Assembly (NCBI GenBank): GCA_963693075.2
Contig: CAXMMP010000001.1
Location: 1,044,471-1,108,470, forward strand
Origin: an uncultured Granulicella sp.
Lineage (GTDB): Bacteria; Acidobacteriota; Terriglobia; Terriglobales; Acidobacteriaceae
Reading direction: 5' to 3'
Length of the DNA: 64,000 nucleotides
Position numbers and translations under genes: made by a program. Positions 52,678 through 61,662 of this stretch are shown piece by piece. How positions within the stretch are numbered: position 1 is the stretch's first letter; every line of letters begins with the position of its first letter. Below the pieces are notes generated by a model, which was not told where the DNA came from, searched no databases, and worked only from the letters and a program-made list of their open reading frames with translations.

Positions 52678-53670
52678 ATGGTGCTGAAATATTCCATCGT
52701 CGTGCCGTTTCATAATGAAGAAGATAATGTCACCACCCTATACGACCGGCTGAAAGCGGTGATGGAGATGGTGATGGCAGACACGCGTGACACGTTTGAG
52801 TTGGTCTTTGTGGACGATGGCTCGCGCGACCGCACCTACCGTCTGCTGGAAGAGATTGCGGCAGTCGATTCAAGGGTTTTGGTGGTGAAGCTGCGCCGCA
52901 ATTTTGGTCAGACTAGCGCGCTGGCGGCCGGATTTGATCATGCGCAGGGAGAGTTCATCCTCGCGATGGATGGAGATCTGCAGCACGATCCTTTGGAGGT
53001 TCCGCAGTTTCTGGCGAAGCTCGAAGAGGGCTACGACGTGGTCTCCGGCTGGCGTTCGGAGCGCGGCGACAACCTGGTCATGCGGCGAATTCCTTCGCGC
53101 GCCGCCAACTGGTTGATGGCAGCGCTCTCCGGCGTGGACATTCACGATTTCGGTACGACCTTCAAGGCGTACCGGCGCGAAGTAATTCAGAACATTCCGC
53201 TCTATGGCGAGATGCACCGCTTTATTCCGGCGCTGGCAAGCTGGTATGGCGCGAGCATCTGCGAGATTCCAATCTCGAACCCGGCACGGACCGCTGGTAA
53301 GAGCCACTACGGGATTTCTCGCACATTTCGGGTGTTCTTCGACCTGCTGACCATCCGGTTTTTGCTGAAATACATGACGCGTCCGCTGCACTTTTTCGGA
53401 ACAATTGGCGCGCTGGGAATGTTCGGCGGTGGCGCTCTCGCTGTGTTTCTTCTGGTTCTGAAGCTCGTAACGCGCGAGCCGGTCCATTCAGACCACGCGC
53501 CGCTGTTTTATATCGCTTTGGTGCTGATCCTGGGTGGCATTCAAATGATGGGGATTGGGCTGCTCGGCGAGCTGCAGGTACGGCACTTCCACACGGCGGA
53601 TCGGCGTGCTCCGTATGCGGTAGATCGGATTCTGCGGCTGCGGAGTTCGGAAGAGTCGATGCTTCACTAA
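52678..53670 (+). CDS. GT2-family glycosyltransferase (polyprenyl-phosphate sugar transferase type, two C-terminal TMs)
   Basis: Contains YSIVVPFHNEEDNV, VDDGSRD and LAMDGDLQHDP (the DxD region). The C-terminal hydrophobic helices are typical of ArnC/GtrB/DPM1-like enzymes. Confidence 0.88.
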   Translation: MVLKYSIVVPFHNEEDNVTTLYDRLKAVMEMVMADTRDTFELVFVDDGSRDRTYRLLEEIAAVDSRVLVVKLRRNFGQTSALAAGFDHAQGEFILAMDGDLQHDPLEVPQFLAKLEEGYDVVSGWRSERGDNLVMRRIPSRAANWLMAALSGVDIHDFGTTFKAYRREVIQNIPLYGEMHRFIPALASWYGASICEIPISNPARTAGKSHYGISRTFRVFFDLLTIRFLLKYMTRPLHFFGTIGALGMFGGGALAVFLLVLKLVTREPVHSDHAPLFYIALVLILGGIQMMGIGLLGELQVRHFHTADRRAPYAVDRILRLRSSEESMLH

Positions 53671-53801
53671 AAATAAGTCCGTTCACGGTTCTCACGGATT
53701 CAAATGGCTTAGGAACCGGCAAATGACTCTTGCCCGGTGTTCGCATGCTTGCTTGTGTGCGGCTTGGGTGAAAGGGTCGGTCGCGTGAGAAACTAGGGAT
53801 T

Positions 53802-54902
53802 ATGCCTCTTAACGTCGGAATTGTAGGGTTGCCCAATGTGGGCAAGAGCACCATCTTCAACGCACTCACTTCGGCGAAAGCTCAGGCCGCGAACTATCCG
53901 TTTTGTACGATCGACCCGAATGTCGGCGTGGTGCAGGTGCCGGATGCGCGCATGGAGCGCATCGTTTCCATGGTCAAGCCGGACTCGATCGTGCCGACGA
54001 CGATGGAGTTCATCGATATCGCCGGCATCGTCGAGGGTGCGTCGAAAGGCGAAGGTTTAGGAAATCAGTTTCTTGGTCACATTCGCGCGACGGATGCCAT
54101 CCTGCATGTCGTGCGCTGCTTTACGGACGCGGAGGTAATCCACGTTGCGGGTAAAGTCAGCCCGTTGGACGATATCGACGTGATCAATACGGAACTGCTG
54201 CTGGCGGACCTGGATACGGTCGAGAAGCGCGTAGTGAAGGCGGAGAAGGCGGCGAAATCGCAGTCGGCGACGGCCCAGGCGAAGACTGAGCTTTCAGCGG
54301 TCCAGAAGGTGCAGGCAGTCTTGAATGCAGGCAAGCCGGCCCGCACGGCTGAGCTCGAAGAGGACGAGAAGATAGTTGCCCGCGACCTGTTCCTCATCAC
54401 GATGAAGCCGATGCTCTACGTCGCCAATGTCGATGAAGCGGGCATCGCTGACGGCAATGAATATACGAAGCTGGTCGAGCAGCGAGCGGCTGAAGAAGGG
54501 TCTGAAGTCGTTCGCATCTGCGGTGCGATGGAGGCCGAGATTGCCCAGCTTGAGCCGGAGGAGCGCGCTGAGTTTCTGTCGGAGATTGGCCTCGAAGAGC
54601 CGGGGCTGAATCGCTTGATTCATGCCGCCTACCGGCTGCTCGGGCTGATCACCTATTTCACCAGCGGCGTGCAGGAGGTACGGGCCTGGACGATCAAGCG
54701 AGGCACCAAGGCGCCCGGGGCTGCAGGAGTCATTCACTCCGACTTCGAGCGCGGTTTTATCAAGGCGGACACCTATCATTGCGAGGATCTGTTCACCTAT
54801 GGGAGCGAGCAGGCGGTCAAGGAAAAGGGACTTCTCAAGTCCGAAGGCAAGGAATACGTCGTGCGCGATGGCGATATCCTTTTCTTCAAATTCAATGTGT
54901 AG
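53802..54902 (+). CDS. ychF: Redox-regulated ribosome-binding ATPase YchF
   Basis: Starts [23 protein letters not shown], has [10 protein letters not shown] and [10 protein letters not shown], and carries the C-terminal TGS-like YchF domain ending [13 protein letters not shown]. Confidence 0.93.
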   Translation: MPLNVGIVGLPNVGKSTIFNALTSAKAQAANYPFCTIDPNVGVVQVPDARMERIVSMVKPDSIVPTTMEFIDIAGIVEGASKGEGLGNQFLGHIRATDAILHVVRCFTDAEVIHVAGKVSPLDDIDVINTELLLADLDTVEKRVVKAEKAAKSQSATAQAKTELSAVQKVQAVLNAGKPARTAELEEDEKIVARDLFLITMKPMLYVANVDEAGIADGNEYTKLVEQRAAEEGSEVVRICGAMEAEIAQLEPEERAEFLSEIGLEEPGLNRLIHAAYRLLGLITYFTSGVQEVRAWTIKRGTKAPGAAGVIHSDFERGFIKADTYHCEDLFTYGSEQAVKEKGLLKSEGKEYVVRDGDILFFKFNV

Positions 54903-54914
54903 CGCGCAGCGTAT

Positions 54915-57128
54915 CTATTGATCGCCAGGGCGGTAGATTTTCTCGATGTGTCCAATCAGCTGGTCGGGGTAGAAATAGACGTCGCGGAGGTTTCCGTCTG
55001 CGTAGCGCTGCGCTTCGTCGTTGAAGTGGGTTGAGCCCGGGTGGCCGGATTCGCCTCCGGCGGTAATCGCGACGGCGCGGACTTTGGCGCCAAATTCGAC
55101 GACCGCCATGAAGCTGTTGCCGTAGGTTCCGTACCAGCGCTTGGTGCCGGGGTACTGACGAGCGACGAAGGCGGCGAGCGAGCCCCATATGGACGCGGCG
55201 AAGGGGACCGGGATGCTGGGCGCGGCATCCGAGAAGGGCTGGTTGACGTCGTCGGAGAGTCGTTGGAAGCGGTTGACCTGGCCCCACTGGGTTTTCCATG
55301 TTCCGAAGTCGACGCTGAGGTTGACGGAGGCTGCGCTCAGGGCGTCAAGGAGTTCCTGCGCAGTCAGCCTGGTGGCCACCCACTCTTCCGTGGGGATCTT
55401 GGCAGCGCGGGCTGGTGCAGCAACGGTCTTCATCAACTCCGTGCCCCAGTAAATGGCGAGCGAGGTGGGAATAGAACTCTTCGACCAGCGGAAGTTCCAC
55501 TTGCGCAGCAGCACAATCTGCTGTGCGAGGCTTGCGTTGGCAGCGCTGCTGGCCTTCAGCTCGTCATAAGCCGAGAGCAGGGAAGGGATGGTGCGGGCAA
55601 ACCAAGGCATATAGGAGTCGAAAGCTTCGTAACGCAGCGATTCGAGCTCCCAGCCGGTACGCGGCTTACCGTTGGGGTCGAGCAAGCGAAGCGCATGGAT
55701 GCCGCGTGCGGACTCAATGCCTTGCTCGACGTAAGCGGGGTAGTCGGATCGCTTCAACGAACTGGTGCCGGCCCCGTTCCAGGGCGAGTCGTTGACATTG
55801 AAGACGAAGCCGGAGGCGGGGTTGAGCAGATGCGGAATCTCGTCAAGCGGGGTGAGGCCATGCCAGTCGGTCGCGGGGTCGGTGCCGTCGACGGGCTTGG
55901 TGAAGTCGAAGTGCGGGTCGCGTTTCGGGATGAAGTCACCGTGCCAGTAGGCGATGTCGCCGTCGGCGTCCGCGAAGACAGTGTTGTTGGAGGAGTTGGC
56001 CTGGAGCTCCATCGTCTTTGAGTATTCGGCGTAAGTGTGAGCCTTGGTGCGAAGGTATGACTGCTCGAGGGCCTGGATGGGGACATTCATGAGCTGAATC
56101 GAAACCCATCGACCGTCCGCCTCTTTGCGGATGACGGGGCCATGCTGGGTAGCGTAGGTTGCGAAAGATCGCTGGCGCACGCCGTCGGGGGTTTGGTAGC
56201 TGAGGGTGATCTGTTTCTGGACGAGTGCTTTCGTCTCGTCGCCATAGCGGTAGTGGCCGGAGCCGACCTGCTCGTCATACTCATCGACGGCGTCGACATA
56301 GCTGGAGGTGTGCATCCAGCCGGCGCGCTCATTGAATCCCTGGTAGACGAAGAATTGTCCCCAGGTGACGGCTCCGTAGGCGTTGAGACCTTCGTCGCTG
56401 GTCATCTGGAGTTCCGACCTGAAGAAGAAGGTGGTGTGCGGATTGATGAGCAGAAGGGCGTGGTGTAGGTGCGTGTTCTTGGGTGCGATGGCGATGCCGT
56501 TCGAGCCCTGCGGGTCGAGCGCGGTTTGGGCTTCGTCGAGCGCTCGCGGGGCCGGCTGAGTTTTCGCAGCCTCAGGAGGCAGCGGCTCGTAGAACGCCTG
56601 GAGGTTCTTGAGGTCGACCTTCTCAATGTCGCCTCCGATGGAGCCTTCGGTGAACGAAAGCGCCATCCAGGGTTCGAAGTGGGTCAGAACTTTAGGGTGG
56701 ACGTCAGGGTGCGTCTCCAGATAAAAATTGAGGCCATCGGCCCATGCGTCCATCAACGTCCTGAGCCACGCGGGGCTTAGGGCGTAATCCCGTTTTATGT
56801 CCTCGGGGTCGACGAAGAGGCGTTGGCGCAGATCCTGCCAGATCGCCTTTTCGCCTTCAGCCTCCGCGGTGCGGCCGAGCGCGGCGAGGTAGTTGGCTTC
56901 AACGCGGGAGAAGTCGTCTTCGCATTGCGCGTAGATCATCCCGAAGACCGCGTCGGCATCGCTGTGGCCGTGGATGTGAGCGATGCCCCAGTCGTCGCGG
57001 GTGATGGTGACGCGGGCCGCTTCGCCCTGCAGGCGAGTTTGCGCCGACGTTGGCAACGCTACGAGCAGCGAGAACAGCAAAGGCCCACAGCACGAAAAAG
57101 AGGCGGAGAAGGACAGGGTGGCTTGCAT
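54915..57128 (-). CDS. Penicillin-acylase-family (S45 Ntn-hydrolase) protein, possibly an acyl-homoserine-lactone/beta-lactam acylase
   Basis: The signal peptide from ATG 57128 is MQATLSFSASFSCCGPLLFSLLVALPTSAQ. The alpha-subunit start is RDDWGIAHIHG. The putative autoprocessing site is GSNGIAIAP, with Ser as the nucleophile. The track start at 57173 would overlap the divergent gene. Confidence 0.85.
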   Translation of the reverse strand: MQATLSFSASFSCCGPLLFSLLVALPTSAQTRLQGEAARVTITRDDWGIAHIHGHSDADAVFGMIYAQCEDDFSRVEANYLAALGRTAEAEGEKAIWQDLRQRLFVDPEDIKRDYALSPAWLRTLMDAWADGLNFYLETHPDVHPKVLTHFEPWMALSFTEGSIGGDIEKVDLKNLQAFYEPLPPEAAKTQPAPRALDEAQTALDPQGSNGIAIAPKNTHLHHALLLINPHTTFFFRSELQMTSDEGLNAYGAVTWGQFFVYQGFNERAGWMHTSSYVDAVDEYDEQVGSGHYRYGDETKALVQKQITLSYQTPDGVRQRSFATYATQHGPVIRKEADGRWVSIQLMNVPIQALEQSYLRTKAHTYAEYSKTMELQANSSNNTVFADADGDIAYWHGDFIPKRDPHFDFTKPVDGTDPATDWHGLTPLDEIPHLLNPASGFVFNVNDSPWNGAGTSSLKRSDYPAYVEQGIESARGIHALRLLDPNGKPRTGWELESLRYEAFDSYMPWFARTIPSLLSAYDELKASSAANASLAQQIVLLRKWNFRWSKSSIPTSLAIYWGTELMKTVAAPARAAKIPTEEWVATRLTAQELLDALSAASVNLSVDFGTWKTQWGQVNRFQRLSDDVNQPFSDAAPSIPVPFAASIWGSLAAFVARQYPGTKRWYGTYGNSFMAVVEFGAKVRAVAITAGGESGHPGSTHFNDEAQRYADGNLRDVYFYPDQLIGHIEKIYRPGDQ

Positions 57129-57162
57129 CGTTAGTATGGTCAATCTAGCATCTGACGAAGTG

Positions 57163-58131
57163 ATGGAAGCCATACAAATTTTCGAAACCGGTGGGCCGGA
57201 AGTTCTCAGCCTGCAAACGTTGCCGGATCCAGTGCCCGCTACAGGTCAGGCTCTGGTGCGGATCGAGGCGTCAGGCGTCAACTTTATCGACACGTACTTC
57301 CGCGAGGGCCGGTATCAAGCAACTCTGCCTTACACGCTTGGGCAGGAGGCCGCGGGCACAGTTGTCAGCGTAGCGGAAGGCGTAACGTCTGTGGCGCCGG
57401 GAGACCGGGTGGCATGGTGTCTCGTGCCGGGGACGTATGCGACCTTGGCGGTTGCGCCTGCTGACCGGCTTGTGAAGATTCCGGAAGGCATCACGACGGA
57501 ACAAGCTGCGGCGGCCATCCTGCAGGGGATGACGGCACACTATCTGCTGCACTCCACCTACGCGGTGAAGGCGGGCGACAAAATCCTCATTCATGCGGGC
57601 GCCGGCGGCACCGGGCTGTTGCTGATCCAGATGGCGAAGCGCCTGGGCGCGCATGTGATCACCACCGTCTCGACCGACGAGAAGGCAGAGCTGGCGCGCG
57701 CTGCTGGTGCCAACGATGTCATTCTCTACACGCATGAAGATGTGGTCGCCAGGGTGCGGGATATTACCGGTGGAACGATGCTGCCGGTCGTCTACGACTC
57801 GGTCGGGAAGACGACGTTCGAGGAGTCGTTGAAGTGCTTGCAGCCAAGAGGCCTGCTCGTGCTTTTTGGCGGAGCCTCTGGAGCCGTACCGCCATTCGAT
57901 TTGATTCGGCTTTCGACCATGGGCTCGCTCTACATCACGCGGCCGACGTTGAAAGATTACATCGCGACGCGGGCTGACCTGGAAGAGCGGGCGGATGAGG
58001 TCTTTGCACTGATGGCGGCAGGCCATCTGGATGTGCGGATCTCTGCGAAATACAAGCTGGCCGATGCGGCACAGGCGCAGATTGACCTCGCGGGGCGCAA
58101 GACCACGGGCAAGCTGTTGCTGATTCCTTGA
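57163..58131 (+). CDS. NADPH:quinone oxidoreductase (zeta-crystallin/MDR family)
   Basis: The ATG at 57163 gives MEAIQIFETGGPEVLSLQTLPDPVPATGQALVRIEASGVNFIDTYFREGRY. The nucleotide-binding motif is HAGAGGTGLLLIQ. The size of 322 aa fits the family. Confidence 0.88.
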   Translation: MEAIQIFETGGPEVLSLQTLPDPVPATGQALVRIEASGVNFIDTYFREGRYQATLPYTLGQEAAGTVVSVAEGVTSVAPGDRVAWCLVPGTYATLAVAPADRLVKIPEGITTEQAAAAILQGMTAHYLLHSTYAVKAGDKILIHAGAGGTGLLLIQMAKRLGAHVITTVSTDEKAELARAAGANDVILYTHEDVVARVRDITGGTMLPVVYDSVGKTTFEESLKCLQPRGLLVLFGGASGAVPPFDLIRLSTMGSLYITRPTLKDYIATRADLEERADEVFALMAAGHLDVRISAKYKLADAAQAQIDLAGRKTTGKLLLIP

Positions 58132-58166
58132 GCGGATTGCTTACGAAATGGCGCGGCGTCCATCCT

Positions 58167-60449
58167 ATGAGTATGCGGCGTCTCTTACTTCTGGCCTGTG
58201 TGGCGATGGCGGCGTCGCAGGCGAAGGCGGTCATCGTTCGGGGCAAGGTGACCAGTCCGCTTGGTGTCCCGCTGCCGGGGGCTCGCGTCCAGTTGATCCA
58301 GGGCCCGCGCAGCATCGCAGACACCATCGCCGGTCCGGATGGCGATTACGAAATTCGGATCGATGCCAGTGGTCGTTTTTTGCTGCTGACCGCTCCGCCG
58401 CTCCTTGCGGGAAACTACGCGCCGCAGGTAGGAACGCCTTTCTACGCGGGACGCGCCGATCTGATAAGGATCGACATCACGTTGAACCATGCGGGAATCA
58501 CCCCGCAAGTTTCGACGGAGCCCACGCTCCTGCCGACCAACCCGAAACAGCTGGCTACGCCCCTAACCCAGGTGGCGCATGATGAACTGCTGACGCATGT
58601 TGGGCCTGCCTGGCCTCTGCGCGCAACACCGGGTGAGGTGCTGGTACAGCAAGGGCAGTGGGGTTCCCCGTCATTCTTGTATCTACGCGGAGCGCCCCCC
58701 CAGACGCTGCTCACGACCGTGAACGGGGTCACCGCAAACCCACTCGGGAGCGCCTTCGATCTTTCGAAACTCTCGTCGACAACTCTTGGATCGATCTCAC
58801 CGGAGCCCGCGCTCGAGGTATCCCCGGCCGCCAATCCCCTGTACTTTACGGGGGCGTCCGGTGGGGTGCTCGCAGTTCAATCCACTCGTGCCTTCACCGA
58901 GCGGCCAACGCTTGTCTACACCGGCGACGCCGGTGGGCTGGATGCCCTGCGAAACGAGGCAGTGGCCACCTACGCGCATCGCCGGTACGACTTGCTCGGT
59001 GCGTTCTCGCGATTTGATCTCGCCAACTCCGTGCCAGCCGCGCCGTACCACTTGATCACTTGGGCGGCGGATGCTGGATACCACATCTCGGCCGGGACTT
59101 CGCTGCGCGCTACGGGTCGCTACGACGAATCGGCGGCCGCATTGTCCAGTCCGTTTGAGCTCTTTGGGATCTCTCCGAACGGCAAGCAGGCGGGACAGAA
59201 CGTGTTGGGCTCCGCCACGTTCGAGACGCGGACAGTCAAGGACTGGCACAATCTCGTGCGCTATGGAGTGGCCCGTGAACGCGGACAGACCTATGATTTT
59301 GCAACTCCGGCGACGGGGCTGCCGGTAGCAGTTCGTGGCGCGAACGGCTACGTGGCAAGCGGGACGGCTTTGTTCGATCCGCTTCCTGCACGCGAGGATG
59401 CGGTGACAAACCGCGATGAGGGAACGTGGCAGACAGACTATCCCGTAAAGCCATGGCTGAAGGCGCTGGGAGACTTTCGCTTTCAGGACGAACGTGCGGC
59501 AGATAGATTGCCTGAAGCGAAGAGCGTGTTGGGGCGAACGCACTACTCCATCGCCGGCGCATTTCAAGGTGGCCTTCGCGAGCGGTTCTTCTACGAGGCT
59601 TCAGGGTTCGTCGACCACAGCAACCTCCTGGGTTGGACGGGCTCGCCACGGCTCGGCCTCACCTACGCTCCTGTACGCCCTGGGCTGAAGAAGTTTCGCG
59701 GTACCAGCCTGCATGCGACGCTGGCGACGGGCACACGCGAGCCCTCCTTATTGGAACAGGCTGCAATGCCCTCAGGCTTGCAGACCCCGCGCAGCCGAAC
59801 GTTCGACGCATCCGTCGATCAAAACATCCTGGCACAAAAGCTGACACTCCGTGGCACCTATTTTCATTCGCAGTTCTCGCACGAGTTCGAGCCCATTGGC
59901 CTGTCGGCGATCGCCTCGCAGCCCTTGCTGAGTCAGACGCTTGCACTACGCACGCAGGGGTTTGAATCGGACCTGCGTTACCAGCCGAAGCAGCGGATAC
60001 TGCTCGAAGCTGGATACAACCACCTTGCGTCCCTGACAGAGCGCTCGGCTGAGACGGCGAGCTTGAGCCCGAACCTTCCCGGAGTAGCCATCGGCGCATT
60101 GAGCGCGCTCGCAGGGCAGAGGCCTTTCCATCGGCCCGCCCAGAGCGGATTCTTTCTAGCCGAGTACATCGGGAAGCGGCTGAACGCGTCCATCTCGGGT
60201 ACGGCTGTTTCGCGTGCCGACGGCTCTACAGCCTTGGTCCAATCCCCCTCGTTGTTGCTGCCGAACCGCAATCTTGACCCGCGCTACACGTCGATGGATG
60301 CGCATGTATCCTTCGCCGTTACGAAACGAATCACGGCGATCACTCAACTCACCAACCTCACCGACGATCGCCACACCGTCCCAATCGGCTACCTGGCGAC
60401 GCCGTTTGTCTTTCGAGCAGGGCTTCGCGTGAGGCTTGGCGGCGAGTAA
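58167..60449 (+). CDS. TonB-dependent-receptor-like outer-membrane protein with a carboxypeptidase-regulatory-like N-domain
   Basis: The signal peptide is MSMRRLLLLACVAMAASQAKA. The CarboxypepD_reg-like strand pattern is VIVRGKVTSPLGVPLPGARVQL...GDYEIRI. A plug-like LYLRGAPPQTLLTTVNGVTAN is present. The C-terminus lacks the usual terminal aromatic residue. Confidence 0.6.
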   Translation: MSMRRLLLLACVAMAASQAKAVIVRGKVTSPLGVPLPGARVQLIQGPRSIADTIAGPDGDYEIRIDASGRFLLLTAPPLLAGNYAPQVGTPFYAGRADLIRIDITLNHAGITPQVSTEPTLLPTNPKQLATPLTQVAHDELLTHVGPAWPLRATPGEVLVQQGQWGSPSFLYLRGAPPQTLLTTVNGVTANPLGSAFDLSKLSSTTLGSISPEPALEVSPAANPLYFTGASGGVLAVQSTRAFTERPTLVYTGDAGGLDALRNEAVATYAHRRYDLLGAFSRFDLANSVPAAPYHLITWAADAGYHISAGTSLRATGRYDESAAALSSPFELFGISPNGKQAGQNVLGSATFETRTVKDWHNLVRYGVARERGQTYDFATPATGLPVAVRGANGYVASGTALFDPLPAREDAVTNRDEGTWQTDYPVKPWLKALGDFRFQDERAADRLPEAKSVLGRTHYSIAGAFQGGLRERFFYEASGFVDHSNLLGWTGSPRLGLTYAPVRPGLKKFRGTSLHATLATGTREPSLLEQAAMPSGLQTPRSRTFDASVDQNILAQKLTLRGTYFHSQFSHEFEPIGLSAIASQPLLSQTLALRTQGFESDLRYQPKQRILLEAGYNHLASLTERSAETASLSPNLPGVAIGALSALAGQRPFHRPAQSGFFLAEYIGKRLNASISGTAVSRADGSTALVQSPSLLLPNRNLDPRYTSMDAHVSFAVTKRITAITQLTNLTDDRHTVPIGYLATPFVFRAGLRVRLGGE

Positions 60450-60615
60450 GCGACTCCGCATGTGGTCTATTTCTCCAAATCCTACGTCATACACCTGAAC
60501 GCTTGTTTGGCGCGGAGTTCCCTTCGATCGCGCGCGTCCAAAGAACCTGGAGAGCCTCCGAATCTGCAACTTCAGCGCGATTTCCGTGTCTAACAGATAC
60601 GAAGGATGGAACAAA

Positions 60616-61563
60616 ATGATCAGTAAAAATGCAGCATCTGTACTGGCTTCCGTAGCACTTCTCCTCCCGTTAGGTGCCCTGGCTCAAAATGAAGGGGTCG
60701 TTCCGACACAGATTCTGGCTCGCGCCGACTCCAAGCAAACCGTGATCCCGACGGCCTCCGCAGTGACGCTGCAGTTGAACGGCAAATCCGCTCCCTTGAC
60801 CTCGCTCGCGCCCGTCGTGCCCTCGAATATTCAGGTGGCCTTGCTGATCGACGACGGTCTGAGCCGCTCCGCAGGCATCGAGTTGAACGATCTCAAGGAC
60901 TTCGCAAACATGCTGCCGCCCGGCGCAGAGGTCTACATCGGCTACATGCGTAACGGTACGGTGGAGACGGCCTCGCCGTTCACCACCGATCACGGCGATG
61001 CGTCGAGCAAGGTGCGGCTCCCGCTCGGCTCTCCCGGCATCTCAGCCAGCCCCTACTTCTGTGTCTCGGAGTTCGTGAAACATTGGCCCGGTGCCGCAGG
61101 CGAAGGTGGCACGCCGAAGTCGCGCTTCATCATTCTGGTAACGAATGGCGTCGACCCCTACAACGGTTCGACGTCGGTCTTGAACCAGGACAGTCCCTAT
61201 GTTGCGGCGACTGCGACTGATGCTCAGCGTGCCGGCGTCGTGGTCTCCTCGGTCTATTACTCGGACGCGGGGTTCCGCGGTCGTGGCTCCTTCAGCGGGC
61301 AAAGCTATCTCTCGCAGGTCGCCGAGGCGACAGGCGGGGTTCTCTATAACTCTGGACCGATCAACCCGGTCTCGCTCAAGCCCTATTTCCAGGAGTTCGT
61401 GCATGACCTGTCGGAGACCTATGTCGCGACCTTCAACACGGACGCAGGGGCAGGCGGGCGCGATCATCTACTGCGTGTGAAGCTTTCGACGAGCATCCCG
61501 AAGCTGAAACTGCGTACGCCAGATAATGTGCGGCCCGGCAATCTTGAGGCTGTGCTGCAGTAA
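60616..61563 (+). CDS. Secreted hypothetical protein (possibly a VWA-like fold)
   Basis: The ATG at 60616 follows GAAGGA. The signal peptide is MISKNAASVLASVALLLPLGALAQ. The alternating beta/alpha pattern VALLIDDG...RFIILVTNGVD is reminiscent of VWA, but no canonical DxSxS motif is present. Confidence 0.55.
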   Translation: MISKNAASVLASVALLLPLGALAQNEGVVPTQILARADSKQTVIPTASAVTLQLNGKSAPLTSLAPVVPSNIQVALLIDDGLSRSAGIELNDLKDFANMLPPGAEVYIGYMRNGTVETASPFTTDHGDASSKVRLPLGSPGISASPYFCVSEFVKHWPGAAGEGGTPKSRFIILVTNGVDPYNGSTSVLNQDSPYVAATATDAQRAGVVVSSVYYSDAGFRGRGSFSGQSYLSQVAEATGGVLYNSGPINPVSLKPYFQEFVHDLSETYVATFNTDAGAGGRDHLLRVKLSTSIPKLKLRTPDNVRPGNLEAVLQ

Positions 61564-61591
61564 GAGAAGGCAGACCTTAGGACGCAATGAA

Positions 61592-61644
61592 AATCAGACG
61601 GATCAAAAAGGGGCGTTCCCCGTTCTTGATCCGTCTGATTTTTT
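61592..61644. terminator. Bidirectional rho-independent terminator
   Basis: AATCAGACGGATCAA ... TTGATCCGTCTGATT forms a 15-bp perfect stem. It is flanked by AAA upstream and TTTT downstream, between convergent genes. Confidence 0.75.
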
Positions 61645-61662
61645 CGCCCTCAGAACCTCGTT

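Noticed and set aside
55041-58026. Long ORFs antisense to the acylase (55041..56021) and to the quinone oxidoreductase (57271..58026). Also an apparent overlap of the two divergent genes (56983..57173).
   Set aside because: These are antisense artefacts. The overlap disappears when the signal-peptide ATG (57128) and the conserved MEAIQIFE start (57163) are used.
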